Assembly: GCA_017620205.1 (NCBI GenBank)
Contig: JAFZQX010000003.1
Coordinates: forward strand, 3,713 to 67,712
Direction: 5' to 3'
DNA length: 64,000 bases
DNA from: Clostridia bacterium
GTDB lineage: Bacteria > Bacillota > Clostridia > UMGS1883 > UMGS1540
Notes under the pieces: generated by a model
Told to the model about the DNA's origin: nothing
Databases searched by the model: none
What the model saw: only the letters and a program-made list of their open reading frames with translations
Made by a program: the position numbers and the translations under genes
In this document: positions 1-9,700 of the stretch, in pieces
How the letters are laid out: each line of letters begins with the position of its first letter
How positions within the stretch are numbered: the first letter of the stretch is position 1

Positions 1-695
1 TTATTTGGACACTTGCTACAGCAAAGCTGAATATCATAAATCCCGCCCTTTTTCCGCCTCCCGGAAAGGTATTCAAACAGCTTATCGAGGATAACAAAAA
101 AATATTTGTTAATATCATAAGCTCGCTCGGAATTATTTTGCAGGGCTATTTGCTCGGAGCTGTTGTTGCAATACCTCTCGGTCTGTTTCTCGGCTGCAGC
201 GCAAGGCTGGGTAGTGCCGCCACGTATATTTCAAAATTTTTCGGCGCAATTCCGCCTATTGTATATATCCCTTACGGAATAGCGCTGCTTCCGACATTCA
301 GATCGGTATCGGTATTTGTAATTTTTCTGGCGACATTCTGGCCGGTTCTTGCCGGAACCATGAGCGGAGTTATGAATGTAGATAAAAAAACGATTGATTC
401 CGCAAAGGTGCTTAATGTAAACAAGCTTTCCATGTTGTTTTCGGTTATCCTTCCCGCGTCCTTGCCTGAGATTTTTATAGGCTGCAATCAGGGTTTAACG
501 GTTTCGTTTATCCTTCTTACATCTGCGGAAATGATAGGCGCGCGCAGCGGTTTGGGATATTATATCAAGAACTATTCGGACTTCGGTGATTATACAAGAA
601 CACTTGTGGGACTTATTGTAATAGGCGTTGTGATTGTATTTATTTCGTTCCTTTTCAATAAGCTGCAGAAATATCTTTTAAGATGGAAATACTGA
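1..695 (+). CDS. ABC transporter permease, 5' partial (NitT/TauT SsuC-like binding-protein-dependent inner membrane component)
   Basis: ORF is open to the window start in the frame of the 138..695 ORF. Multi-TM protein with a permease signature. 11-nt gap to the next gene. Confidence 0.7.
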   Translation, partial: IWTLATAKLNIINPALFPPPGKVFKQLIEDNKKIFVNIISSLGIILQGYLLGAVVAIPLGLFLGCSARLGSAATYISKFFGAIPPIVYIPYGIALLPTFRSVSVFVIFLATFWPVLAGTMSGVMNVDKKTIDSAKVLNVNKLSMLFSVILPASLPEIFIGCNQGLTVSFILLTSAEMIGARSGLGYYIKNYSDFGDYTRTLVGLIVIGVVIVFISFLFNKLQKYLLRWKY

Positions 696-706
696 GGAGG
701 TAACAT

Positions 707-1228
707 ATGATAGAAGTTTTATGGCACGGCAGAGGAGGACAGGGAGCCTTTACTGCCGCAAAACTCCTCGGAGCTGCATTTACTCTGAAAGACAATAGAT
801 ATGCGCTTGCGTTTCCGTCTTTCGGGCCGGAGCGCAGAGGAGCGCCAATCAGGGCATTTACAAAGCTTGATACAAAACCGATAGGGAACCGCAGTGAAAT
901 AACAAAAGCCGATTTTTGTATATTTCTTGACGACACACTGTTTGGCGAAGCGGCTTTCGACAGCTTAAAGCCGGGCGGTAAGATTTTAATAAATACAAAA
1001 AAGAGTTTTGAAGATGGCAGAGTAATTGCTATTGACGCCGATAAAATTGCAGCCGAGATCATAGGATTACCTATAACAAACACAATCCTGCTCGGAGCGC
1101 TCGCGGCTGTATCGAACAATATTGATATTAAAGAAATAGAGACGGCAATTATGCAGAATATGCCCTATAAGCTCATAGAAAAAAACGTAAAAGCCATAAA
1201 AGCGGCATATGAGGAGGCGCAAATTTGA
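707..1228 (+). CDS. porC: 2-oxoacid:ferredoxin oxidoreductase gamma subunit (PorC-like)
   Basis: N-terminal GRGGQG motif typical of POR/VOR gamma subunits. RBS GGAGG lies upstream. Confidence 0.8.
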   Translation: MIEVLWHGRGGQGAFTAAKLLGAAFTLKDNRYALAFPSFGPERRGAPIRAFTKLDTKPIGNRSEITKADFCIFLDDTLFGEAAFDSLKPGGKILINTKKSFEDGRVIAIDADKIAAEIIGLPITNTILLGALAAVSNNIDIKEIETAIMQNMPYKLIEKNVKAIKAAYEEAQI

Positions 1229-1515
1229 AACCGTATTTAAGAAATAAAATACCTTCCTCACCGGAAGAAATACCGGAAAACACCGCTTATGAAGCGGGCT
1301 ATCTTGTAACAAAGAACGCGGGCTGGAGAAATGTTAAACCCGTTATAAGCATAGGTAAGTGCGTGGGGTGTCTTAACTGTTATCTCTATTGTCCCGACGG
1401 GGTAATATACCAAGACAACGGTAAAGCTGCAATAGACTATGATTTTTGCAAAGGCTGCGGTATATGCAGAAAAATCTGCAAAACAGGCGCGATAGAAATG
1501 GAGGCGGAAAAGTAA
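1225..1515 (+). CDS. porD: 2-oxoacid:ferredoxin oxidoreductase delta subunit, 2x[4Fe-4S] ferredoxin
   Basis: Two CxxCxxCxxxCP-type cluster motifs. Overlaps its neighbours by 4 nt and 1 nt. Confidence 0.8.
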   Translation: MKPYLRNKIPSSPEEIPENTAYEAGYLVTKNAGWRNVKPVISIGKCVGCLNCYLYCPDGVIYQDNGKAAIDYDFCKGCGICRKICKTGAIEMEAEK

Positions 1516-2687
1516 TGGCGAAAAAATTCTTATCGGGCAATGAAGCGTTTGCCTACGGAGTAAGCCTTGCGCGTCCGCAGGTGATATCGGCTTATCCCAT
1601 AACGCCTCAGACTATTGTTGTTGAAAAGCTGTCTGAATTTGTTGAAGACGGCAGTCTTAAAGCAGAATTTATCCATGTTGAGTCGGAGCACTCAGCGCTG
1701 TCATGTGCAATGGGGGCGTCGTCTGTCGGCGCAAGAGCATTCACAGCCACTTCATCGCAAGGGCTTTTGTATATGGCAGAGTGCCTTACATATGCCGCAG
1801 GCGGAAGATTTCCCATTGTAATGATGAATGCCAACCGTTCAACTGCGCTTCCGTGGAATATTTACGGCGATCAGCGCGACTCGCTTTCACAGCTTGACAG
1901 CGGCTGGATTCAGGCATACGCGGAAAACGCTCAGGAAGCGCTTGATCTGGCTCTTATGAGTTTTTATATAGCGGAACACAAGCGTGTTTCAACTCCGTTT
2001 ATGGCAAATCTTGACGGTTTTGTACTGACTCACACTTATGAAGTTGTTGATATTCCCACTCAAGATAAGGCGGACGAATTTTTACCGGGATATGAAACGG
2101 AGAACAAGCTTGACCTTGAAAACCCCAGAAATCTTGCTTTTTCCGCAGGGCCCGAACACAATACGGTATTTAAATACAAAGAGCATTTGGGACTTTTAAA
2201 TTCTAAAAAAGCAATAGAAGAAGCAGAAGCAAAGTTTTCAAAAATTTTTGGCAGACAGTACAGCGGTCTTGTGGAGAAATACAAAACGGATGACGCAGAG
2301 TATATTTTGATAACGGTTGGAAGTATATCGGGACTTGTCAAAGAGGTTGTTGACGGGCTGAGAGCTTCGGGGAGAAAAGTCGGTCTTTTAAGACTCCGCT
2401 ATTTAAGGCCTTTACCGAATGAGGAAATAGCCGATGCCCTGAAAGGGGCAAAAGCGGCGGCCGTGCTTGAAAAAGACATTTCGTTCGGTAATGAAGGCAC
2501 AGTATATACAAATGTCAATTCCGCTTTGCATAAAGCAAAAATAAATATTCCTAATTCAAATTATATCGGCGGTCTCGGAGGAAAGAATATTTCGGCAGAG
2601 GAAATAAAAAGCATTTTTGACGATATGGAAAAGGGAAAGTCAGCGGTTAAGTTTCTCGGAATAGGAGGTGCTTTTGATGGCAATTAA
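1515..2687 (+). CDS. porA: 2-oxoacid:ferredoxin oxidoreductase alpha subunit
   Basis: MAKKFLSGNEAFAYG... N-terminus typical of the POR alpha subunit. The ATG at 1515 overlaps the porD stop. The track ORF started earlier, at 1446. Confidence 0.85.
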   Translation: MAKKFLSGNEAFAYGVSLARPQVISAYPITPQTIVVEKLSEFVEDGSLKAEFIHVESEHSALSCAMGASSVGARAFTATSSQGLLYMAECLTYAAGGRFPIVMMNANRSTALPWNIYGDQRDSLSQLDSGWIQAYAENAQEALDLALMSFYIAEHKRVSTPFMANLDGFVLTHTYEVVDIPTQDKADEFLPGYETENKLDLENPRNLAFSAGPEHNTVFKYKEHLGLLNSKKAIEEAEAKFSKIFGRQYSGLVEKYKTDDAEYILITVGSISGLVKEVVDGLRASGRKVGLLRLRYLRPLPNEEIADALKGAKAAAVLEKDISFGNEGTVYTNVNSALHKAKINIPNSNYIGGLGGKNISAEEIKSIFDDMEKGKSAVKFLGIGGAFDGN

Positions 2688-3564
2688 CGCAAAAACACTT
2701 GATAAGACCGAATATTTTTACGGTCATAAAGCCTGCGCGGGATGCGGAGGAAGCCTTGCCGTCAGAATTGCGCTGAAAGTTTTGGGAGAGAGGTCAATAG
2801 CGGTACTTCCTGCGGGATGTATGTCGGCAGTCGGTTTCAATTTTCCGCAGCTTTGCTTCGGAAATAACGCAATAATTTCTACATTTGCGGGAACGGCATC
2901 CATGCTTACCGGTGTTGAAGCGGGGCTTCGGGCGCAGGGAATTAAAGACTTTCACGCTGTAGGCTTTGCGGGCGACGGAGGAACCGCGGATATCGGCATT
3001 CAGGCGCTTTCGGGCGCAATAGACCGAAACGATAATATCATTTATATTTGTTATGACAATGAAGCTTATATGAATACGGGTATTCAAAAAAGCTCATTAA
3101 CGCCGTTCGGCGCGAAAACCACAACAACGCCTGCGGGAAAGAATATTCGCGGCAATTTAAGACCAAAAAAGAATATGTTTGAAATTGTTGCGGCACACGG
3201 CATTCCCTATGCCGCAACCGCAAGCATAGGCTATATAAATGATTTCATGCGTAAAGTCCAAAAGGCTTCCGAGATAGAAGGAACAAAATTTATTCATGTT
3301 CTTGCCCCGTGCCCGACAGGATGGGGAGTGCCGACAGACGCAACGGTTGACATAGCAAAAGAAGTAGTTGACTGCGGACTTTGGTATCTCGCGGAATATG
3401 AGGACGGTGAGTTTAAACTAAATCACAGACCGTCAGTTTTTACAGACGCAGGAGAATATTTAAGAAAGCAAAGCAGGTTCAGACACCTAAAGGATGAAGA
3501 TATAGAGACTATAATAAATGCCCGTGATAAAAAATGGGATTTTATAAATAAGAACTTTAAATAG
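2677..3564 (+). CDS. porB: 2-oxoacid:ferredoxin oxidoreductase beta subunit (TPP-binding)
   Basis: CAGCGG motif and a GDG...N TPP motif. RBS AGGAGG lies 7 nt upstream of the ATG at 2677. Confidence 0.85.
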   Translation: MAINAKTLDKTEYFYGHKACAGCGGSLAVRIALKVLGERSIAVLPAGCMSAVGFNFPQLCFGNNAIISTFAGTASMLTGVEAGLRAQGIKDFHAVGFAGDGGTADIGIQALSGAIDRNDNIIYICYDNEAYMNTGIQKSSLTPFGAKTTTTPAGKNIRGNLRPKKNMFEIVAAHGIPYAATASIGYINDFMRKVQKASEIEGTKFIHVLAPCPTGWGVPTDATVDIAKEVVDCGLWYLAEYEDGEFKLNHRPSVFTDAGEYLRKQSRFRHLKDEDIETIINARDKKWDFINKNFK

Positions 3565-3581
3565 ATTATGGAGGTTAAAAA

Positions 3582-4922
3582 ATGAGCAGAGATATAAATA
3601 ACAAATTCTGGGATGAGGAGCTTGAAACTCTTCCCCGCGAAGAGCTTGAAAAAAGACAGCTTGAGGATTTAAAAGAGATAGTAAAGTTTGCGTATGATAA
3701 CGCGCCTTATTATAAGCGTTCCTTTGATGAGGCGGGCGTAAAGCCGGAAGATATAAAGACACTCAAGGACATTGAAAAATTCCCGTATATAGATAAAAAG
3801 ACACAGCGTGATACGCAGGGCGTAGGTTCGTTTTTGGGCGAGCTTGCGGCCGTTCCCGAGGAAGATGTAGTATTTATCTCAACGTCTTCGGGTTCAACGG
3901 GTGTTCCGACAATGAGCCCCTTTACAAAAAAAGATTTTGATGAGTTTCAGGAAACAGAGAGCCGCTGGTTCTGGCAGGTGGGAATGCGTCCGAGTGACCG
4001 CTATGTTCATGCGCTGAACTTTTCTCTTTATGTAGGCGGTCCCGACGTAATCGGGGCGCAGAATCTCGGCGCCCTTTGTATCTGGGGCGGTACACTTCCG
4101 AGCGAAAGACTTCTCTTTGTTTTGAAAACATATCAGCCGACAGTTATATGGACTTCGCCGTCATACGCATGGCAGCTCGGAGAAAAGGCTTTAAAGAGCG
4201 GAATAGATCCCAAAAAGGATTTAAACATAAAGAAAATTATAGTAGCCGGCGAGCTCGGCGGTTCAATAGAAGCTACAAGACGCGCAATTGAAGATATATG
4301 GGGCGCAGAGGTATATGACTTTTACGGTCTTTCAGATATTTTCGGTGCTTGCGCCGCAATGTGCGAAGCAAAAGACGGCTTACATATAGCAGAAAACCAT
4401 ATCCTTGTAGAAACGGTTGACATTCATACGGGCGAAATACTTGAGCCCGGACAGGTCGGCGAGCTTGTATTTACAACGCTCCGCAAACACGCAAGACCGC
4501 TTATCCGTTTCCGCACAGGCGATATAGGCTGGATAGACAAAACAAAGTGCTCGTGCGGAAGAACACACGGAAGAATTCATATCCAGGGCAGAAAGGACGA
4601 TATGTTTATCGTGTCTGCCGTTAATGTTTTCCCGAGCGATATCGAAGCGGTTGTCAGAGAACAGGAAGGCATAACGGGTGAATATCTTATCCGTATTTTT
4701 GAAAGAGATTTCACCAATAAATATTCGGTTGAAATTGAAAAAAATGCTGACAACACAAAAGATGATGAAACGATAGCATCGGAAGTATCTGCTGCACTTA
4801 AAGCACGTATCGGCGTAAAGCCCACAAGCGTTGTTGTTCATCCCGACGGCGGACTTGATACACGCTCAGAGCATAAATCAAGAAGAGTAATCGATGAAAG
4901 AAAGATAGATTATTCAATTTAA
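3582..4922 (+). CDS. phenylacetate-CoA ligase family (PaaK-like, AMP-forming)
   Basis: STSSGSTGVPT adenylation motif and the PaaK-family N-terminus. Confidence 0.8.
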   Translation: MSRDINNKFWDEELETLPREELEKRQLEDLKEIVKFAYDNAPYYKRSFDEAGVKPEDIKTLKDIEKFPYIDKKTQRDTQGVGSFLGELAAVPEEDVVFISTSSGSTGVPTMSPFTKKDFDEFQETESRWFWQVGMRPSDRYVHALNFSLYVGGPDVIGAQNLGALCIWGGTLPSERLLFVLKTYQPTVIWTSPSYAWQLGEKALKSGIDPKKDLNIKKIIVAGELGGSIEATRRAIEDIWGAEVYDFYGLSDIFGACAAMCEAKDGLHIAENHILVETVDIHTGEILEPGQVGELVFTTLRKHARPLIRFRTGDIGWIDKTKCSCGRTHGRIHIQGRKDDMFIVSAVNVFPSDIEAVVREQEGITGEYLIRIFERDFTNKYSVEIEKNADNTKDDETIASEVSAALKARIGVKPTSVVVHPDGGLDTRSEHKSRRVIDERKIDYSI

Positions 4923-4949
4923 TTTATAGATTCACGGAGGGGGTTCAAA

Positions 4950-6134
4950 ATGCCTGAAATATCAAAACGAACCGAAACATTTACCGATTCTGTAATCAGA
5001 AGAATGACAAGAATTTCTCTCAAATATGACGCTGTAAATCTTTCACAGGGATTTCCGGATTTTAAACCGCCCAAAGAAATACTTAAAAGGCTCAGCGAAG
5101 TTGCAAACGAGGATTTTCATCAATATTCAATAACATGGGGTGCGCAAAACTTCCGTGAGGCGCTCGCAGAAAAACAGTCGGCTCTTATGGGCAGAGAAAT
5201 AGATCCCAACAGAGAAATAGTAGTAACCTGCGGAAGCACGGAAGCGATGATGGCGGCAATGATGACAGTTACAAATCCGGGCGATAAGGTCATTGTATTT
5301 TCACCGTTTTATGAAAACTACGGCGCGGATACAATTTTATCCGGGGCAGAGCCTATATATGTTCCGCTTCATCCGCCCGAATTCAATTTCAGCGTTGATG
5401 AACTTGAGAAGGCTTTTTCTCAAAAGCCGAAAGCGCTTATTCTTTGCAATCCATCTAATCCCTGCGGAAAAGTATTTACATTTGAGGAGCTTAAAATAAT
5501 AGCCGATCTGGCAAAGAAGTATGACGCATTTGTAATTACCGATGAAGTATATGAACATATAGTTTATGAGCCGTATAAGCATATTTATATGGCGTCTCTT
5601 CCGGGTATGTGGGAGCGGACAATTTCCTGCTCGTCCCTTTCAAAAACATACTCTGTAACGGGTTGGAGACTCGGATATATTATAGCACCTGAAAATGTTA
5701 TTGACGCGGCAAAAAAAGTGCACGACTTTTTAACGGTCGGCGCGGCGGCGCCTTTGCAGGAGGCGGCTGTAACAGGTCTTAAATTCGGTAATGACTATTA
5801 TAAACAGCTTCAAAACAAATACACCGAAAAGCGGAACCTGTTTCTTAAAGGCCTTGACGATATCGGCATAGCGCACACGGTGCCGCAGGGGGCATATTAC
5901 ATTTTGCTTAATATCAGCGAATTCGGCTTTGATAGCGATTTGGAATTCTGCGAAACGCTTGCGCGCGATGTCGGCGTCGGAGCGGTGCCGGGCTCAAGCT
6001 TTTTCCGCGAAGATGTAAATAGCCTTATAAGGCTTCATTTTGCAAAAAAGAACGAAACATTACTTGAGGCCTTAAACAGGCTTGAACACATAAGAACAAA
6101 GATTAAAAAACGTAAATCATACCCCTTATTTTAA
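4950..6134 (+). CDS. PLP-dependent aminotransferase class I/II (aromatic or aspartate type)
   Basis: Aminotransferase fold motifs (SLSKTYSVTGWRLGY). Last gene of the operon before a terminator. Confidence 0.8.
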   Translation: MPEISKRTETFTDSVIRRMTRISLKYDAVNLSQGFPDFKPPKEILKRLSEVANEDFHQYSITWGAQNFREALAEKQSALMGREIDPNREIVVTCGSTEAMMAAMMTVTNPGDKVIVFSPFYENYGADTILSGAEPIYVPLHPPEFNFSVDELEKAFSQKPKALILCNPSNPCGKVFTFEELKIIADLAKKYDAFVITDEVYEHIVYEPYKHIYMASLPGMWERTISCSSLSKTYSVTGWRLGYIIAPENVIDAAKKVHDFLTVGAAAPLQEAAVTGLKFGNDYYKQLQNKYTEKRNLFLKGLDDIGIAHTVPQGAYYILLNISEFGFDSDLEFCETLARDVGVGAVPGSSFFREDVNSLIRLHFAKKNETLLEALNRLEHIRTKIKKRKSYPLF

Positions 6135-6135
6135 A

Positions 6136-6175
6136 AAAACCGCAAACGGCTTGTTCGTTTGCGGTTTTTTAAAAA
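6136..6175. terminator. bidirectional rho-independent terminator
   Basis: aaaaaaaccgcaaacggcttgttcgtttgcggtttttt. A GC stem flanked by an A-run and a T-run, between convergent genes. Confidence 0.8.
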
Positions 6176-6179
6176 TTAC

Positions 6180-6551
6180 CTATTTATATGCAACTGCATC
6201 TATTTCCGCCAGCGCTCCTTTCGGCAGGGCGGAAACCTCTACACAGGAACGGGCGGGTTTGTTTTTAAAGTATTTGGCGTATACTTCGTTGAATTTTGCA
6301 AAATCGTTTATGTCTTTCAGAAAACAAGTTGTTTTAATAACATTGTCAATGCTGCTGCCCGCTTCTTGCAAAACTGCGGACAGATTTTTAAGTATCCTTT
6401 CTGTCTGCGTCTCAATATCGGCGTGAACAACTTCTCCCGTAACGGGGTCTATAGGCATCTGACCCGAGGTGTAGATAAAATCGCCTGCTTTAATCGCCTG
6501 CGAATATGGCCCTACGGCTTTGGGGGCGGTTATTTCTTGTGTTTTATTCAT
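6180..6551 (-). CDS. ridA: RidA family reactive-intermediate deaminase (YjgF/TdcF)
   Basis: Full-length match to the RidA family in length and motifs. Confidence 0.85.
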   Translation of the reverse strand: MNKTQEITAPKAVGPYSQAIKAGDFIYTSGQMPIDPVTGEVVHADIETQTERILKNLSAVLQEAGSSIDNVIKTTCFLKDINDFAKFNEVYAKYFKNKPARSCVEVSALPKGALAEIDAVAYK

Positions 6552-7702
6552 CGTATTTTCCTTCTTTCATTATTATTTCCGGTTTCATCGAATTTTTCAA
6601 GAAACGAATGCTTTATGCCGTTTTGCTTGTACCCGATAAGGGTATCAAGATTTACGTTTTGTATGCTTTTATAAATATTGTTTTTAATTTGCGGATTGTC
6701 TTTTTCAAGCTCTGCAATCAGTTGTTTTGTTACCTGCCGTTTTGATTTGTTATCTGGATTACAGGAGGTACAGGTGTCGGTGAATTTACATGCGCATTGC
6801 AGAAAGTGCAGTCCGTTGTAATCGCGCCAATGCTTTATATCCTTTTCGTGAATCAAATATAGCGGTCTGATAAGCTCCATACCCTCAAAATTAGTGCTGT
6901 GCAGCTTTGGCATCATAGCCTGCATCTGACCGCCGAACAGCATACCCATCAGCGTTGTTTCAATAACATCGTCAAAATGATGACCGAGCGCGATTTTGTT
7001 GCACCCAAGCTCTTTTGCTTTGCTGTACAAATAGCCGCGTCTCATCCTCGCGCATATATAACACGGCGATTTTTCGATATGAAGCACCGACTCAAAAATA
7101 TTAGTTTCAAAAACGGTTATGGGGATATCCAAAAGACGTGCGTTTTCCTCTATGATTTTTCTGTTTTCCGCAGAATATCCCGGATCCATCACAAGGTAAA
7201 CTACTTCAAAGGGATATTTGTTGTGGCGTTTAAGCTCCTGAAACAGCTTTGCCATAAGCATACTGTCCTTGCCGCCCGAAATACAGACGGCAACCCTGTC
7301 GTTTTCCTTTAAAAGCTCATATTCATTAAGCGCCAAAGTGAACTTGCTCCAGATGCTTCTGTGAAACTTTTTTATAATGCTGTGTTCCATATCTTTTGCT
7401 TTATCTCTGTTTTCCGAGAGCGTTTTAAGCATATAGCCGTAGTAACCTTCTTTGAGATTTACGGCATTATATCCACGGCTTCTAAGCTCTTCGGAAACAT
7501 TATAGCTTATTATGCCGCTTTTACACATAACTACAATGAGCTTATCTTTTTGGAGCTCCGCAAGTCTGTCATTGATTTCGTTTTGAGGAATACTTACCGC
7601 GCCTTTTATGCTGCCGTATTTAAACGCAATTTCATCGCGGATGTCAACTATTATATAATTATCTAAACTGTTTAAATCCTTAACCGATATTTCTTCTTTC
7701 AT
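6548..7702 (-). CDS. ttcA: rhodanese domain fused to a TtcA-like PP-loop tRNA thiolase (2-thiocytidine synthetase family)
   Basis: N-terminal rhodanese with the active-site Cys (VVMCKSG). Then an SGGKDS PP-loop plus CxxC and C-x-x-x-x-x-C-x-x-C clusters as in TtcA. Confidence 0.7.
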   Translation of the reverse strand: MKEEISVKDLNSLDNYIIVDIRDEIAFKYGSIKGAVSIPQNEINDRLAELQKDKLIVVMCKSGIISYNVSEELRSRGYNAVNLKEGYYGYMLKTLSENRDKAKDMEHSIIKKFHRSIWSKFTLALNEYELLKENDRVAVCISGGKDSMLMAKLFQELKRHNKYPFEVVYLVMDPGYSAENRKIIEENARLLDIPITVFETNIFESVLHIEKSPCYICARMRRGYLYSKAKELGCNKIALGHHFDDVIETTLMGMLFGGQMQAMMPKLHSTNFEGMELIRPLYLIHEKDIKHWRDYNGLHFLQCACKFTDTCTSCNPDNKSKRQVTKQLIAELEKDNPQIKNNIYKSIQNVNLDTLIGYKQNGIKHSFLEKFDETGNNNERRKIR

Positions 7703-7784
7703 TGTTCCGCCTATCTCCGCTCAATACGGTTTGCTTGTTTCATAAAAGTGTTCCGCCTTGCCCTTTGAGATTTTGGGGGAGGGG

Positions 7785-8939
7785 TTATAAACGCTTTTTA
7801 ATTTGAGTTATTGCTTTTTCCAATACGCTTTTCGGACAGGCAATATTCATGCGCATAAACCCGTTTCCGCCTTCTCCGAAAATAAAACCGCTGCTCATCC
7901 AAACGCCGCAGTCACGTATGAAGAATTCTTCAAGTTCACGGGAGTTTAAGCCGAGTTTCCGGCAATCAAGCCACATTAAATATGTGCCTTCCGGCGCTAT
8001 GGGTTTGATTTTTGTGTTTTCAAAGCTCTCTATTACGTAATCCGCGTTGCTTTTCAGATATTTCAGTAATTGCTGCAGCCACTCTTCGCCATGCCTATAT
8101 GCCGCTTTTGCGGCTGCCGCGGACATTATGCCCATTTCGCCCGCACAAGTTGACAGTATTTCTCTCTCTGTTTTATTGCGGATATCCGTGTTTGCTATTA
8201 TTAAATTGGCGCCTTTTATTCCCGCAAGATTAAATGTTTTTGTAACAGAAGTTACAGCTACCGTTATATCTGCCGCTTCTTTTGACAATGACGCTGCCGG
8301 GAAATGATTTTTAAACACCAGATCCGAATGGATTTCGTCGGAAACTATTATGACATTATGCCTCTTGCAAATGTTAACTACATTGCAAAGCTCTTCTTTG
8401 TCCCATACTCTGCTTACGGGATTGTGAGGAGAACAAAAAAGAAGAAGTTTTACGTTTTCTTCAACTATTCTGTTCTCAAGGTCATTAAAATCAATATAAT
8501 ACTTCTGCCCGTCAAAATTTAATACGCTTACAACGGGTCGCCTTTTAAGGGATTTTATAATGTTTAAAAAGGGGTGATATACCGGCTGCATAATAAGAAC
8601 GGAATCACCGGCTTTTGACAGAGCTCTGATTGCTGCCGATATCCCAAACAAAACGCCCTCACAGGGGACAATCCAATCTCGCTTTATATCAAAACCAAAC
8701 CGTTTTTTGTTCCATTTAATCAAAAGATCATAGTATTCATCGTCAAGCTCCGTGTAGCCGAATATGCCGCATTCAGAAGCAGACTGCAGGGCGTCTGTTA
8801 TTTCGGGCGCTGTCTTAAAATCCATATCCGCCACCCACATTGGAATAACATCGCTTACATCGGGATAACGGGGATGCTTCTTATACTTTATTGAATTTGT
8901 GTTTTTACGGTTATAGACCGTGTCAAAATCATATTTCAT
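7785..8939 (-). CDS. patB: PLP-dependent C-S lyase, MalY/PatB family (cystathionine beta-lyase/cysteine desulfhydrase-like)
   Basis: MKYDFDTVYNRKNTNSIKY... N-terminus characteristic of PatB/MalY. Start chosen at the internal ATG that abuts the tcdA stop. Confidence 0.8.
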   Translation of the reverse strand: MKYDFDTVYNRKNTNSIKYKKHPRYPDVSDVIPMWVADMDFKTAPEITDALQSASECGIFGYTELDDEYYDLLIKWNKKRFGFDIKRDWIVPCEGVLFGISAAIRALSKAGDSVLIMQPVYHPFLNIIKSLKRRPVVSVLNFDGQKYYIDFNDLENRIVEENVKLLLFCSPHNPVSRVWDKEELCNVVNICKRHNVIIVSDEIHSDLVFKNHFPAASLSKEAADITVAVTSVTKTFNLAGIKGANLIIANTDIRNKTEREILSTCAGEMGIMSAAAAKAAYRHGEEWLQQLLKYLKSNADYVIESFENTKIKPIAPEGTYLMWLDCRKLGLNSRELEEFFIRDCGVWMSSGFIFGEGGNGFMRMNIACPKSVLEKAITQIKKRL

Positions 8940-9688
8940 TTTATTAAATCTTTTATTACCTCTCCCGCTATTATAAGCCCCGCAACGCTCGGCACAAAAG
9001 CGTTGCTGCCCGGAACCTGATTGCGTACCGTACACGTTCTTTTTGTGTCAGGCGGACAAATGCAGTGGTGCTTACATGAATTATCGTCACTTTCAATCGG
9101 CGTTAAGGGAGACTCTTTTGAATAAACACATTTGAGCTTTTTTATTCCTCTTTTTCTGCACTCATAGCGCATAACTTTAGCAAGCGGACAAACAGAAGTT
9201 TTGTAAATATCCGCAACTTCAAATTTTGTGGGATCGAGTTTGTTGCCCGCGCCCATGCAAGAAATAATGGGAGTTTTGGTATCCGCCGCATTTTGAACTA
9301 AGGCTATCTTGCCTGTTACGGTATCAATAGCGTCTACAACATAATCGTAAAGTGAAAAATCAAACTCCGCGGCGGTTTCGGGCGTGTAAAAGGTTTTGTA
9401 GGTGCTTATTTTTATCCCGGGATTTATCTCCGCGATTCTTTCTGCGGCCACATCTACCTTGTATTTGCCGACAGTTTTTCTTGTCGCGTAAATTTGTCTG
9501 TTGATATTTGTCAGGCATATTTTGTCGTCATCTATTATATCTATGGCGCCTATACCGGAGAGGGCAAGCGCTTCCACGGTAAAGCCGCCTACACCGCCTA
9601 TCCCAAACACGGCAACGCGGGAGACCCAAAGCTTTTGCATTGCGTCTTTGCCTAAAATAAGCTCTGTTCTTGAATATTGATTCAACAT
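8936..9688 (-). CDS. tcdA: tRNA threonylcarbamoyladenosine dehydratase TcdA/CsdL (ThiF/MoeB E1-like)
   Basis: VAVFGIGGVGG...EALALSGIGAIDIIDDDKICLTNINRQ closely parallels E. coli TcdA. Confidence 0.85.
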   Translation of the reverse strand: MLNQYSRTELILGKDAMQKLWVSRVAVFGIGGVGGFTVEALALSGIGAIDIIDDDKICLTNINRQIYATRKTVGKYKVDVAAERIAEINPGIKISTYKTFYTPETAAEFDFSLYDYVVDAIDTVTGKIALVQNAADTKTPIISCMGAGNKLDPTKFEVADIYKTSVCPLAKVMRYECRKRGIKKLKCVYSKESPLTPIESDDNSCKHHCICPPDTKRTCTVRNQVPGSNAFVPSVAGLIIAGEVIKDLIK

Positions 9689-9700
9689 AAAATGTACTCC

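Noticed and set aside
1446-1514. Upstream extension of porA in the ORF track (MQRLRYMQKNL...)
   Set aside because: It overlaps porD in another frame. The ATG at 1515 with an MAKKFLSGNEAFAYG N-terminus matches the family. The start was adjusted.
6151-6674. Two overlapping plus-strand ORFs (91 and 171 aa) across the ridA region
   Set aside because: They lie antisense to a full-length, well-conserved RidA gene. They have no RBS and give low-complexity translations. Spurious.
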